Below, in pieces: positions 39,020-48,707 of a stretch of DNA of 64,000 bases. The position numbers and the translations under genes were made by a program. The notes beneath the pieces are model-generated. The model was given only the letters and a program-made list of their open reading frames with translations. It was not told the origin of the DNA and ran no database searches. Position 1 is the stretch's first letter; each line of letters begins with the position of its first letter. Origin of the DNA: a virus; the IMG/VR virus record IMGVR_UViG_3300035665_000004, positions 32,001-96,000 of that record; one strand, written 5' to 3'.

Positions 39020-40045
39020 TCCTGTTATTTCAGAGTAATGGAGGCAGAAAACTTAGAACAGGCAGAAAAAATAAGTAGAGAGGTAGTTGACGCCTGTGAT
39101 AAAAAATCTATCCCATCAATAGTTACCAATATTTTTAATGGTAATGACATTATGCGTAGTGATTTTGAAGCAATTTCTCGATCAACACTGTCGTATGGTA
39201 AGAAAAAACAATACGCATTTCTTAAAGCCTGGGAGGATGGAGAAACCTTACCAACTCCAAAATTAAGCATCACTGGTTTATCAATTAAAAGAAGTGATTC
39301 ACCAAAACAGTTATCTACTGAAATGAAACCATTCTTTACCGAAATTATGAAAGGTTTAACAAAAGAACAGATAAAAATCGCAATGGATAAAATTGAAAAA
39401 GATTATGATGCTCTACCAACATATGAATTGGCAGCTAAACGTTCAGCGAATAACTTATCAAAATATTTAAGGGCATTTAACTATGAATTAGTTAAAAAGG
39501 ATAGACCATACAACATCGAAAAATTAGATGAGGCAGTTGAAAACGCTTGTGATGGGCGAGTATCCATCGATGATAAAATTTATGATGATTTCATGAGAAC
39601 AGGCAAAGGTGTTTATTCCATCGAAAATAATAAATTGGTTAAAGATATAAAAGGTGATTTAATCATAGAGGCAAAAGTTAAAATGGTTATTCCATTTCAT
39701 ATCAAAGCATCGATACTTTATAATTATTTGTTAGAATTATACGATTTAAATGATTTCAATCCAATTTTAGATGGTGAAAAAATAAAATTATTTTATATTC
39801 AACCACAAAAATTTAATATAAAATACACGGATCTAGATGGAAACAAATATGATATGATACAAACTTTTGATTGTATTGCGTTCCCATCAAACTCAAAAAA
39901 AATACCAAATTTTATCAATACATTTACACCAGACAAAAAAAGAATGTTGGATACTTATTTCTTTGGTAAAATGGAAACAATTTTTGATGTTATCGATTTT
40001 AATAAAGAAAAATTAGAAAATATATCAATGGATTTATTGTTTTGA
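38900..40045 (+). CDS. C-terminal half of the split intein fused to the family-B DNA polymerase C-terminal fragment (palm/thumb)
   Basis: A 40-aa IntC ending VYDV...FFANNILVHN is followed by SCYF; PolB motifs KKKQYA, ITGLSIKRSD and HIKASILYN follow. Confidence 0.9.
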   Translation: MLKKVKVKSVKKIDYSGKVYDVVMKSNPHTFFANNILVHNSCYFRVMEAENLEQAEKISREVVDACDKKSIPSIVTNIFNGNDIMRSDFEAISRSTLSYGKKKQYAFLKAWEDGETLPTPKLSITGLSIKRSDSPKQLSTEMKPFFTEIMKGLTKEQIKIAMDKIEKDYDALPTYELAAKRSANNLSKYLRAFNYELVKKDRPYNIEKLDEAVENACDGRVSIDDKIYDDFMRTGKGVYSIENNKLVKDIKGDLIIEAKVKMVIPFHIKASILYNYLLELYDLNDFNPILDGEKIKLFYIQPQKFNIKYTDLDGNKYDMIQTFDCIAFPSNSKKIPNFINTFTPDKKRMLDTYFFGKMETIFDVIDFNKEKLENISMDLLF

Positions 40046-40115
40046 TAGAATAATGTCTACAAAAGTGAAAAAAATACTAATTAATCAACATTTTTGTAGT
40101 TTCTATTACAGGGGG

Positions 40116-40123
40116 CATAAATA
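40116..40123 (+). promoter_or_regulatory. Putative late promoter (CATAAATA) before the hybrid kinase
   Basis: About 32 nt upstream of ATG 40155. Confidence 0.4.
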
Positions 40124-40154
40124 TATTCAATACCAACAATGATGATTAATTATT

Positions 40155-42647
40155 ATGCCCACTAATATAAAAATTGATACCCTGACTATTGATATTTTGA
40201 ATCATCTCAATATAATTGTGACCGACGCTAATAATAATATAACCTTTATTAGTGACAACTATTTAAATGCGTTGGAATATACTATCGATGAGGTTATTGG
40301 AAAAAATCCTATAATTTTTAGACATCCAACAATTAATAATCTACCAATATTAAATTTTGTAAATAAAAATGGTGGACATTGGAACGGATTATTAAAAAAT
40401 ATTACAAAAAGTGGAAAAACTATATATTTCAATGCCGATATTTACAAAGATTATGATGAAAATGGTAATCATATTGGGTATCATTCAATACATACTGACA
40501 TAACTACAACTATAACAAACCCCCATAAATTTATTTTTGATAATGAACTTTTATCAATTATATTTTCAGAAAATATAGAATACCTAATCATCTGTTTGAG
40601 TGACGAGTTCGATGAAAATAAACACGAAATTATCAAGATTAGTCACCCATTACTAGAATTGATAGGTATTGAAGCCGATAAATTAGTTGAGCAACACGCA
40701 AGTTTTGTAGATTTAATATCACCAAAGTCAATTTATTACAAAAATTTAAAACTGTTAATGCATGATCTTAACAATGAAAACCCATTACCGGTTGATATAA
40801 AAACGAAAAATAGGGATGCAAAATACAGAGTTTCATACACCCCTTTCAAATTCAATGATAAAGCAGCTCAATTATTTACGATGATTGACATAACCACCGA
40901 AATATCTTTTTCCGATCAACTCCAAAGTATAATAAAATCAAAAAATGAATTTTTGGCAAATTTAGCCCACGAAATTAAAACTCCATTGAATGCAATTAAT
41001 GGTTTTATTTCACTACTACAAATGCGTGAAACAAATAAAGAAAAACTAGACTATATTGAATTAGTGTTGGAAAGTGTTAAACATGTAATAAACATTTCCA
41101 ACGATACCATCGATTTTATTGGTATGGATAATAGTAAAATAGAGATAAATCCTAGAGAATTTACACCAAAAGATATTCAGTCAACCATAGAAATATTTTT
41201 TGCAAAGAGTTTAGAAAAAAACATTGAATTGACTGCATATATTTCACCACAATTACCAGAAATAATGTTTCAAGATATTTTGCGATTAAAACAAATCATA
41301 ACCAATCTTATCAGTAATGCATTAAAATTCGTTAATGTTGATGGTAGAGGAACTATAGTGATAGAATGTCATTTCAACAATGACAAATTTTATTTTACTA
41401 TTGTCGATAATGGAATTGGAATGTCCACAGAACAAATAGAAAATATATTTAATCCTTTTTATCAGGCATCAAAAGATACAAAAATGGTTTATGGTGGTAC
41501 AGGGTTAGGATTGGCTGTTGTTAATCAAATAATTGAACTTATGGGTGGTAGTATTACTGTAGAAAGTGAACTCGGTGTAGGTTCAACATTTTCAGTTATT
41601 ATACCAGTAAAATCAGTTAAAGAGTTTCAACATACAATTGGTCGAATGGATATACCAAACATTTACATTTATGCCCCATCATTTTCCAATACAAAACATG
41701 AAATTTTAAAGAAATATCTGTTCGATTTTACAACCGCAAAGATCAATAAAGTTGCAGAAATTGATACATTGAATTCAATAACGGATAGTGTGATACTACT
41801 TTATGTATGTGATACAGATATAAAAACTATACTCCAATTAAGTAAAACAAATAGAATTATTGTAGTTAAAAAAATGGACATGGTTATCAACAATTTTACA
41901 AATTCGTCCGAAATAATAGAAATAAATTTACCCATTTTAGGATCAAAAATATATGATGCACTAAATTTACTAATATCCGGTAGAATGGAACAATTCTATA
42001 AAAATAACTTCTTAGATATGACAATATCTGGTAGAATATTGGTGGCAGATGATCAAGAATCGAATAGACTACTAATAAATCGATTATTATCATGTTATGA
42101 TGTAACGATTGATGTAGTATGTGATGGTAGAGAGGCAGTTAATTATTTTAAAAAGAGTATAATAGAAAACAAATCGTATTACGACTTAATATTGCTTGAC
42201 GTCAACATGCCAATATTAAACGGCGTTGATGCCGCGAGAGAAATAAGACTTTTCGAAAAAATGAATAATATTACTAGAACTACAATAATATCATTAACAG
42301 CGGATAGATATACGGACAAAAATGATAGTAGATTGGTAGATATGGATGAATATATACCCAAACCTATTAATTTAAAACGGATGTTATATCTAATTGTGAA
42401 ATACACAACTGATCTAAAATTGGTTGATGAAAACTTGTTATACGATGAAAAAATTAAAAAATTGAAAGAGATACGTGACGAATTTTTAAAACCAAATAAT
42501 GAATTTAAAACAATGATAGACAATTATAAAAAACATTTTGATGGTTCGGAATTACCAATTATTGAAGGTTTAAAAGATTTAACTAATAAAAATGAATTCA
42601 CTGCAAACTATAATAAAATTATGAAAATTTTTAGGAAGCACGGATGA
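40155..42647 (+). CDS. Cytoplasmic PAS-domain hybrid histidine kinase / response regulator
   Basis: PAS (IGKN..RHP, W.G..KN), H box AHEIKTPLNAI, N box NLISNALKF, DNGIG, F box, GGTGLGL, and receiver ADD...LLDVNMP...LTA...KP. Confidence 0.95.
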   Translation: MPTNIKIDTLTIDILNHLNIIVTDANNNITFISDNYLNALEYTIDEVIGKNPIIFRHPTINNLPILNFVNKNGGHWNGLLKNITKSGKTIYFNADIYKDYDENGNHIGYHSIHTDITTTITNPHKFIFDNELLSIIFSENIEYLIICLSDEFDENKHEIIKISHPLLELIGIEADKLVEQHASFVDLISPKSIYYKNLKLLMHDLNNENPLPVDIKTKNRDAKYRVSYTPFKFNDKAAQLFTMIDITTEISFSDQLQSIIKSKNEFLANLAHEIKTPLNAINGFISLLQMRETNKEKLDYIELVLESVKHVINISNDTIDFIGMDNSKIEINPREFTPKDIQSTIEIFFAKSLEKNIELTAYISPQLPEIMFQDILRLKQIITNLISNALKFVNVDGRGTIVIECHFNNDKFYFTIVDNGIGMSTEQIENIFNPFYQASKDTKMVYGGTGLGLAVVNQIIELMGGSITVESELGVGSTFSVIIPVKSVKEFQHTIGRMDIPNIYIYAPSFSNTKHEILKKYLFDFTTAKINKVAEIDTLNSITDSVILLYVCDTDIKTILQLSKTNRIIVVKKMDMVINNFTNSSEIIEINLPILGSKIYDALNLLISGRMEQFYKNNFLDMTISGRILVADDQESNRLLINRLLSCYDVTIDVVCDGREAVNYFKKSIIENKSYYDLILLDVNMPILNGVDAAREIRLFEKMNNITRTTIISLTADRYTDKNDSRLVDMDEYIPKPINLKRMLYLIVKYTTDLKLVDENLLYDEKIKKLKEIRDEFLKPNNEFKTMIDNYKKHFDGSELPIIEGLKDLTNKNEFTANYNKIMKIFRKHG

Positions 42648-42651
42648 CGAA

Positions 42652-42659
42652 TATAAATA
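42652..42659 (+). promoter_or_regulatory. T4-type late promoter (TATAAATA)
   Basis: Exact consensus ~20 nt upstream of the holin-like gene. Confidence 0.55.
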
Positions 42660-42679
42660 TCATAAAAAGGGGGTTATAG

Positions 42680-43069
42680 ATGCATATTTTGCTTGATTTA
42701 GATGTTTCACTATATATACTATTATTTTTTATCGCAGGTACGATAGGATTAGTAGTGCGTATAGATCAATGGGTCGAAGGAGATTTTTCACATCCAATCA
42801 AAGAAAACGGTACATTAGATATCCTCAGATCGTTTTGGTCGTATGTATTAACATTCTTATTATCGGGATTATCGGGAGCAATTGTATCGATAGGGACAGG
42901 TTATATTTTAGAAAATAAGGATACAAACATAATGATCTTCACTGCTGTAATGATTGGTGCAATTGGAAAACTCATTTTTTATAAACTTGTGGAATGGGTA
43001 CATTTTAAAGTTGATGATGTGTTGACACCTAAAAAAAATAATAACCAAGCACATAGAAGAGGGAAATGA
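42680..43069 (+). CDS. Three-TM holin-like membrane protein
   Basis: 129 aa with three hydrophobic Gly-rich segments and a basic C-tail (class I holin architecture). Confidence 0.55.
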   Translation: MHILLDLDVSLYILLFFIAGTIGLVVRIDQWVEGDFSHPIKENGTLDILRSFWSYVLTFLLSGLSGAIVSIGTGYILENKDTNIMIFTAVMIGAIGKLIFYKLVEWVHFKVDDVLTPKKNNNQAHRRGK

Positions 43070-43467
43070 TTATGGTTAACGATTTAATTGATTCTGTTGA
43101 TTTAAATACTTCTGATGAGTGGAACCAAAAAAAAAGTGTTAACCTTATTCGCCACACAGAAACTATCGATAAACTTGTTGTCCAAAATAAAACATTACAA
43201 AGAGAATTGCGTGAACTTTCAATACACGCGGAACAATTACAAAATAAATTATATGACAGCAATGTTAGAATTTCTAAAAATTTATTTTATATTGGATTAT
43301 TTGCACTCGCTTATTTTGTTTACAGTGTAAATAGCAACCTAATAATGTTAAACGATAAGTTAATTGAGATAAATGTTGTAGTTGCACAATACAAAGATAT
43401 AACTGAAAAAAATAAGTTATACAATCAAATTATGACAGAACAAAATGGTATTAATAAAACCAAATAA
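43066..43467 (+). CDS. Coiled-coil protein with one TM segment (possible antiholin or lysis accessory)
   Basis: ATGA overlap with the holin-like gene; coiled coil followed by LFYIGLFALAYFVYSV. Confidence 0.5.
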   Translation: MIMVNDLIDSVDLNTSDEWNQKKSVNLIRHTETIDKLVVQNKTLQRELRELSIHAEQLQNKLYDSNVRISKNLFYIGLFALAYFVYSVNSNLIMLNDKLIEINVVVAQYKDITEKNKLYNQIMTEQNGINKTK

Positions 43468-43491
43468 TAATAGGGGAAAAGGGAGATAAAA

Positions 43492-44109
43492 ATGCTTAGT
43501 AATTTATTTGGTAAAAAAATTCGTAAAGTGGATTATCACAACACTAATAAATCTGAAACACACAACTTCACAAATATGCAGGATCAAATCACATGGTTGA
43601 CAGATAATGGTTGGGTAAATGGAAATACTTTCAATAAAAGTAACAAAAATATCCTGATAATGGATGACAGACAAGATATAATTTCCGCAGTCATTGATGA
43701 TTTAGAAAGAATGGACGAAACTGAAATAATAAATCTAAATCATTTTAACCTGATAACTGTTTCATCAAAAAATGCAGGTTTTCACGTATTGGATATTTTA
43801 GAAAAAGCACCAAATATAACCATAGATTATGCACTATTAGATATTGTATTAGGTGGAAAAAAAATAGTAGATGGTGTAAAACAAATGGTAGATGGTGTTG
43901 ATGTTGCAATACAAATATGGGAACGGTTTTCAACAGCACAGATACTTTTTTTTAGTGGTTGTATCATTGAAAATTCTAACGACCGTGATGATTTTAAAAA
44001 CAGATTTACTAGTTATACACAAGAAGATATATCGGATTATTTGTTGCCAAAGGACATTGATTTTGATTCCGAAATCGATCAACTAGCAACATTTTTCAAC
44101 GGTTTTTAA
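43492..44109 (+). CDS. Stand-alone receiver-domain response regulator
   Basis: ILIMDD, LLDIVL (phospho-Asp), FFSG and PK motifs; no output domain. Confidence 0.8.
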   Translation: MLSNLFGKKIRKVDYHNTNKSETHNFTNMQDQITWLTDNGWVNGNTFNKSNKNILIMDDRQDIISAVIDDLERMDETEIINLNHFNLITVSSKNAGFHVLDILEKAPNITIDYALLDIVLGGKKIVDGVKQMVDGVDVAIQIWERFSTAQILFFSGCIIENSNDRDDFKNRFTSYTQEDISDYLLPKDIDFDSEIDQLATFFNGF

Positions 44110-44117
44110 AATTATTT

Positions 44118-45401
44118 ATGGCTATCGATTTTAAAAATATAGCTATTAGTAGTTTAACAATAACTGGGGTAACATTTGCGTCTGTGCTTTGCATAACAAT
44201 TACTGTAAATTTATATACCACATTTACAATATCAAATGAATTCGAACCATCAATAAATTTATTAGCTAGAAATTATATCAATTCAAAAAACTCACCAACA
44301 TTATTGACGGATAATTTTACCGATTCTCAAATAAATGTAGTTATATTTGATGAAGAAAAAAACAAAATATTTAAACTTAATAATAATTCTTTAATTGACA
44401 TTAGTGATTCATCACCATTTCCAAAATTAATTAGTGTACCATTTGATGTTTATATTTCTTCTATGACAACGTTTGAAATGTCCACACTTGCAACTATGTA
44501 TAATGTAGACAATTTAAAAATAAAACTAGATATATATGATAAGAAGCATATAGCCGCCGATACATTTATAATGTTACTAATAACTAACAGTCTTATTTCT
44601 CATATTTTATATTTTAAATTAGTTGCTAGAAATAAACTGATATTGAAATCACTGATTAAAGTTGAACAATACGAATACGCTCTTTCACAAAGAACAACAG
44701 CAGATTTGGTAAGTATAACACATCATAAATTGAATACGCCCCTAAAGGTTTTAAATACAAAATCCAGAATGTTGATTGATATAATAAAATCACAGGATAA
44801 CATTTCACAAAAAACATTAGATAAGGCTTTGTTGGATTATCATAGTATTGAATCTTCATTAACCACAATTTCTGAGGTTACTGATACATTAAAATCATTT
44901 AATGATTTGAGTAAACATGAATTGAATTTATATAAATTGTTTAACGTTGCGAAAGAAACTACCAATGTATTGAATGATGATGAATTTGAAATTATATTAG
45001 ATGAAAAAACTAAATTGTTCAATATTGATAAATCATATATAAATTCACATGAAATGATTCAAATTTTTATAAATCAAATAAATTTTTCATTGTCAATGTT
45101 AGCAGATAAAATTCATATAAAAGTATTTAATACCTCAAATAATGTTATGATATTATTATATTCTGATAATGGGAATATAATTACCGATGATATGATCGAT
45201 GATCTAAATACCAATAATGAAATATTTGTAAATGCAGATACCAACCATAAAAAAAATACACATTATGATTTAACTTTAAACTTTATTATTTTAAATTCGA
45301 AAGATTTTTCAAATATAAAAATTCTCTCATCTAATAGAAATGGAAACATATTTGAGATTAAACTACCTGTTGTTCGAGCAGATGAAACAAAAAAATTTTA
45401 A
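44118..45401 (+). CDS. Membrane histidine-kinase-like protein with a degenerate ATPase domain
   Basis: Two TM segments, H box HHKLNTPL, altered N box QIFINQINF, DNG, and no recognisable GxGLG G2 box. Confidence 0.7.
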   Translation: MAIDFKNIAISSLTITGVTFASVLCITITVNLYTTFTISNEFEPSINLLARNYINSKNSPTLLTDNFTDSQINVVIFDEEKNKIFKLNNNSLIDISDSSPFPKLISVPFDVYISSMTTFEMSTLATMYNVDNLKIKLDIYDKKHIAADTFIMLLITNSLISHILYFKLVARNKLILKSLIKVEQYEYALSQRTTADLVSITHHKLNTPLKVLNTKSRMLIDIIKSQDNISQKTLDKALLDYHSIESSLTTISEVTDTLKSFNDLSKHELNLYKLFNVAKETTNVLNDDEFEIILDEKTKLFNIDKSYINSHEMIQIFINQINFSLSMLADKIHIKVFNTSNNVMILLYSDNGNIITDDMIDDLNTNNEIFVNADTNHKKNTHYDLTLNFIILNSKDFSNIKILSSNRNGNIFEIKLPVVRADETKKF

Positions 45402-45402
45402 A

Positions 45403-45747
45403 TCATTGGTTTTTTAAACTATCCATAAGATCATCAAACATAGGTCTTATTTCATGTAATGGTGTGCCTTTTCGAAGTTCTAACTCCATATCTTGACAAA
45501 GATCACTTTCATAATAAAAATCACCATACAATAGTAGATTTTTTACTGAGTGTAACTTAGTAGAAACAGCCGATATATTGTTAATATCATCATTGAATAA
45601 CATAGTATTGATTTCCAACAAAGTCTCTTCAATATTGTCTACCATTAAAGTTGCTTTTATACTAACCTCATCACCATTTAGAGTTTCACATAAAAAATCA
45701 TATATAGCATCGTAAAATTTAATTCTATCAATTGATGAGTTCATCAT
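45403..45747 (-). CDS. Hpt (histidine phosphotransfer) domain protein
   Basis: Helical ~114 aa with KLHSVKNLL and LCQDMELEL, matching the Hpt HxxKG-type pattern. Confidence 0.7.
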   Translation of the reverse strand: MMNSSIDRIKFYDAIYDFLCETLNGDEVSIKATLMVDNIEETLLEINTMLFNDDINNISAVSTKLHSVKNLLLYGDFYYESDLCQDMELELRKGTPLHEIRPMFDDLMDSLKNQ

Positions 45748-45810
45748 AGTTTCCCCCAAAATACCACTTATATCTAAAAATTTAACACCAATATTAAAAC
45801 TTCAAAAAAA

Positions 45811-47019
45811 TCAAATGAATGAATTGTGGGTTGATATATAACCAACCAAAAACTCAAAAGAATTTTTATCAGGTTGTTTATACACCATATCTAAACATAA
45901 ATTCAATAATAAGCCGACATCTTTACCACTAAAACCCATATTAATCAAATCGACACCATTAACTTTTAAATCTTTTATCATAATTGGACAGTTGGAATTT
46001 TTAATTATATTTAACAACTCTATATGGTTATTTATTGCGTTACCATGAAAATATCGATGAAATTCCAAAATAATCTCTGTCAACTCAAAATCTTTTGAAA
46101 CATTACTTAATACTTTTTTAATTTCAAAAGGAGTAATATCCTCGATAGAATCTAAAAATTTTAATTGACTAACTATCTTTCTAAATGATATAGGTAATTT
46201 AAATTCTGGACACCAACCATTATGATATACCAAAGGTATTAAACTATTAGTGTTTATCATATCGGTCAAAATAATATTCGACATTTGTTTATTATGATTT
46301 ATAAAATCAAAATCCATAACATCACACAGTGAGTTTATAATGAAGGTTTTATCATCTGAGGTCAACTCAGGCAATGAAAAAATATTATTCAATTCACTAT
46401 ACACCCGTTCAAGTGACAATTTAGAAACATCAAACACTGTTTTTGCGTCAATCACTGTTTTTTCATCAAAACATAACCCCAACTTTAGTTTAAATCGCAC
46501 AAACCTTAAAAACCTAAGATTATCTTCTCTGATTCTATCAATAGTATTTCCAACAAATCGTAATTTCTTATTATTAATATCATCTAGCCCACCCATAACA
46601 TCGACAAATTCGTTAGTAAGTGGATTAAACGCCATCGCATTTATAGTAAAATCTCTGCGAATTAAATCACCAGTTATAGAATCAGAAAATTCTATAGTTG
46701 CTCGTCTACCATCGGATGAAACATCATTTCTATACCTGGTTATTTCATAATTTTCTCCATTCAAGTGAATGGTCAAGGTTCCATGATCTTCCCCAGTGCA
46801 GATAACATGATCAAACAATGTTTTAGTTATTTCTAATGGGCAATTTGTAGTAAAATCAATATCTTTGGGTTTTAAACCAAATAACAAATCTCTTACTGGT
46901 CCACCAACAATCCAGCATTCATATCCCAGGTGTAAATATTTTTCGATGATGAACACTATATCATCACGCATATTTTGTGCTATATTATCATTAAATGACT
47001 TTTGTAAATTATGATGCAT
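45811..47019 (-). CDS. cca: Class II CCA-adding enzyme / poly(A) polymerase family nucleotidyltransferase
   Basis: VGGPVRD, DIDFTT, RRDFTINAMA, EDNLRFLR and SLERV motifs. Confidence 0.88.
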   Translation of the reverse strand: MHHNLQKSFNDNIAQNMRDDIVFIIEKYLHLGYECWIVGGPVRDLLFGLKPKDIDFTTNCPLEITKTLFDHVICTGEDHGTLTIHLNGENYEITRYRNDVSSDGRRATIEFSDSITGDLIRRDFTINAMAFNPLTNEFVDVMGGLDDINNKKLRFVGNTIDRIREDNLRFLRFVRFKLKLGLCFDEKTVIDAKTVFDVSKLSLERVYSELNNIFSLPELTSDDKTFIINSLCDVMDFDFINHNKQMSNIILTDMINTNSLIPLVYHNGWCPEFKLPISFRKIVSQLKFLDSIEDITPFEIKKVLSNVSKDFELTEIILEFHRYFHGNAINNHIELLNIIKNSNCPIMIKDLKVNGVDLINMGFSGKDVGLLLNLCLDMVYKQPDKNSFEFLVGYISTHNSFI

Positions 47020-47105
47020 GTGATGTCCAATTTAAAATATAAGTTGACATATTATACTAAAATCCCCAAATATTACAAAAAAATAATTGGGGATTTTAAA
47101 TTATT

Positions 47106-47693
47106 TTAAACCAATCGCAAATATTTTCTTTCCAAGTATTTTATTAAACCAAATTCAAATCCTTGAAAATCATCAATTTTTATAAATTCGTTTTCTTTTC
47201 TAATATCATTGATTATATTTAAATCATGTTGAATTTCTATTTCTAATCCATCAGTAACAGGCATAATCATAGTAAATGGATTTATAAGTTCATCCCTAGA
47301 ACTTTTTTTACAGGTTGTTAATCTCCATAATGGGAATCGCACCATTTTTTCGCTCATGTCATCATTAAAATGAATGTACGCGTGAGCCAAACCATCATCA
47401 ATTTCATATTCGGCATCATATATTGTAGTAAATGGTGTATTTACCGGATATTTTGTTGTTTTATCTAATAAATCATCAAAATTAATATTATCATCGATAT
47501 GCCAATCACGCATAAAATAATCAAGTGGAAAATCCTTGTAAGAACTCCCACCCGTTTGACATTTTACACTATCATCATTAAAGCTTATAGGACTAACAAC
47601 ATAATTAAATAATCGATTATGCCTACATACCTTACCAATAAGCGATGCTATTGAAATGTTATTAACACTCACAAACTTACTCTCCACTAGCAT
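47106..47693 (-). CDS. Hypothetical protein
   Basis: 195-aa ORF overlapping the upstream gene. Confidence 0.55.
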   Translation of the reverse strand: MLVESKFVSVNNISIASLIGKVCRHNRLFNYVVSPISFNDDSVKCQTGGSSYKDFPLDYFMRDWHIDDNINFDDLLDKTTKYPVNTPFTTIYDAEYEIDDGLAHAYIHFNDDMSEKMVRFPLWRLTTCKKSSRDELINPFTMIMPVTDGLEIEIQHDLNIINDIRKENEFIKIDDFQGFEFGLIKYLERKYLRLV

Positions 47694-48675
47694 TTTTTAA
47701 TGAATCATCCCGTTTAACCTCCTGATTGCCATCTTTAAATGCCCATTTATCATATAAATGTGTAGACATACCACGTTTTTTAATTTGTTCAATTGGTGCA
47801 TTTTTATATTTTTCAACTAAATGATCAACAAAAACATCAACCGCATCCATATTATCACCAAAACCATCACCTTTTTTAGCCATGTCAGCCATAACCTCCC
47901 GTTCAGTTTCTAAAAATGACATAATCTCAAATTGTACAAATGATGGATTAATTCCCAATTGTTCCAGCCATTCTTGGTTTGGTTCATTGATATAACCAAT
48001 TTGTCTACAACTTCTTAAAGATTGTAAAAAACATCTACGTAAATTATAGGTGACATCGGAGGTTTCCATATCAATTTCATCCCAATTTTCTAAACCAAAA
48101 TGTTTAACAATATCATCATACGCATCCTGATACATACCAATTTCTTTAACCGCTTGTTCAATGTGTACTCGACCATCGACCATTTTTGATTTGACTTCCT
48201 CTAATTCAATTTCAATTCGTTCTAAATCCAATTCCTTATAAACGGGAGTTGGATATTTTTTACCATCACCAACCTCTGCATCTAAAATTTCCTGTCTACG
48301 AAGTAATTTGCGTTTCAGATCATTTTGTTGTTTTAATAATCTGAATTGTGCTTCCGATAATGCACCACGTTTAGTTTCAAGTTGGGCGTGAATTTGACGA
48401 ATATTTCTTTCTGGGGTAGCTTCAGAAAGAGTTAATGCCAATGAAACAAACTGAGTATTTGTTTTCGCAAATGCGTTTAAGCCCCTATTGATTTCGGGCA
48501 TTCTTTCTGCAATTTCTTGCATTCTCGTATCATCAATAGTAACCATTGAAAAATCTTCTTGACCAGCTCTGGTAGCAATTTTATGAAATGCAGTAGTTGT
48601 GAATTTTTCCAATAAGTTATTTTCTTTAGTAGTCAAAGAATTTTCTGTTTCTTGTTTTGTTAACGATGTACTCAT
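47677..48675 (-). CDS. Coiled-coil phage protein of unknown function
   Basis: 332 aa; RQIHAQLETKRGALSEAQ and EWLEQLGINP. Confidence 0.65.
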   Translation of the reverse strand: MSTSLTKQETENSLTTKENNLLEKFTTTAFHKIATRAGQEDFSMVTIDDTRMQEIAERMPEINRGLNAFAKTNTQFVSLALTLSEATPERNIRQIHAQLETKRGALSEAQFRLLKQQNDLKRKLLRRQEILDAEVGDGKKYPTPVYKELDLERIEIELEEVKSKMVDGRVHIEQAVKEIGMYQDAYDDIVKHFGLENWDEIDMETSDVTYNLRRCFLQSLRSCRQIGYINEPNQEWLEQLGINPSFVQFEIMSFLETEREVMADMAKKGDGFGDNMDAVDVFVDHLVEKYKNAPIEQIKKRGMSTHLYDKWAFKDGNQEVKRDDSLKNASGE

Positions 48676-48707
48676 TTTATTTTCCCTTTAAATAGTGTTA
48701 AATAGTT

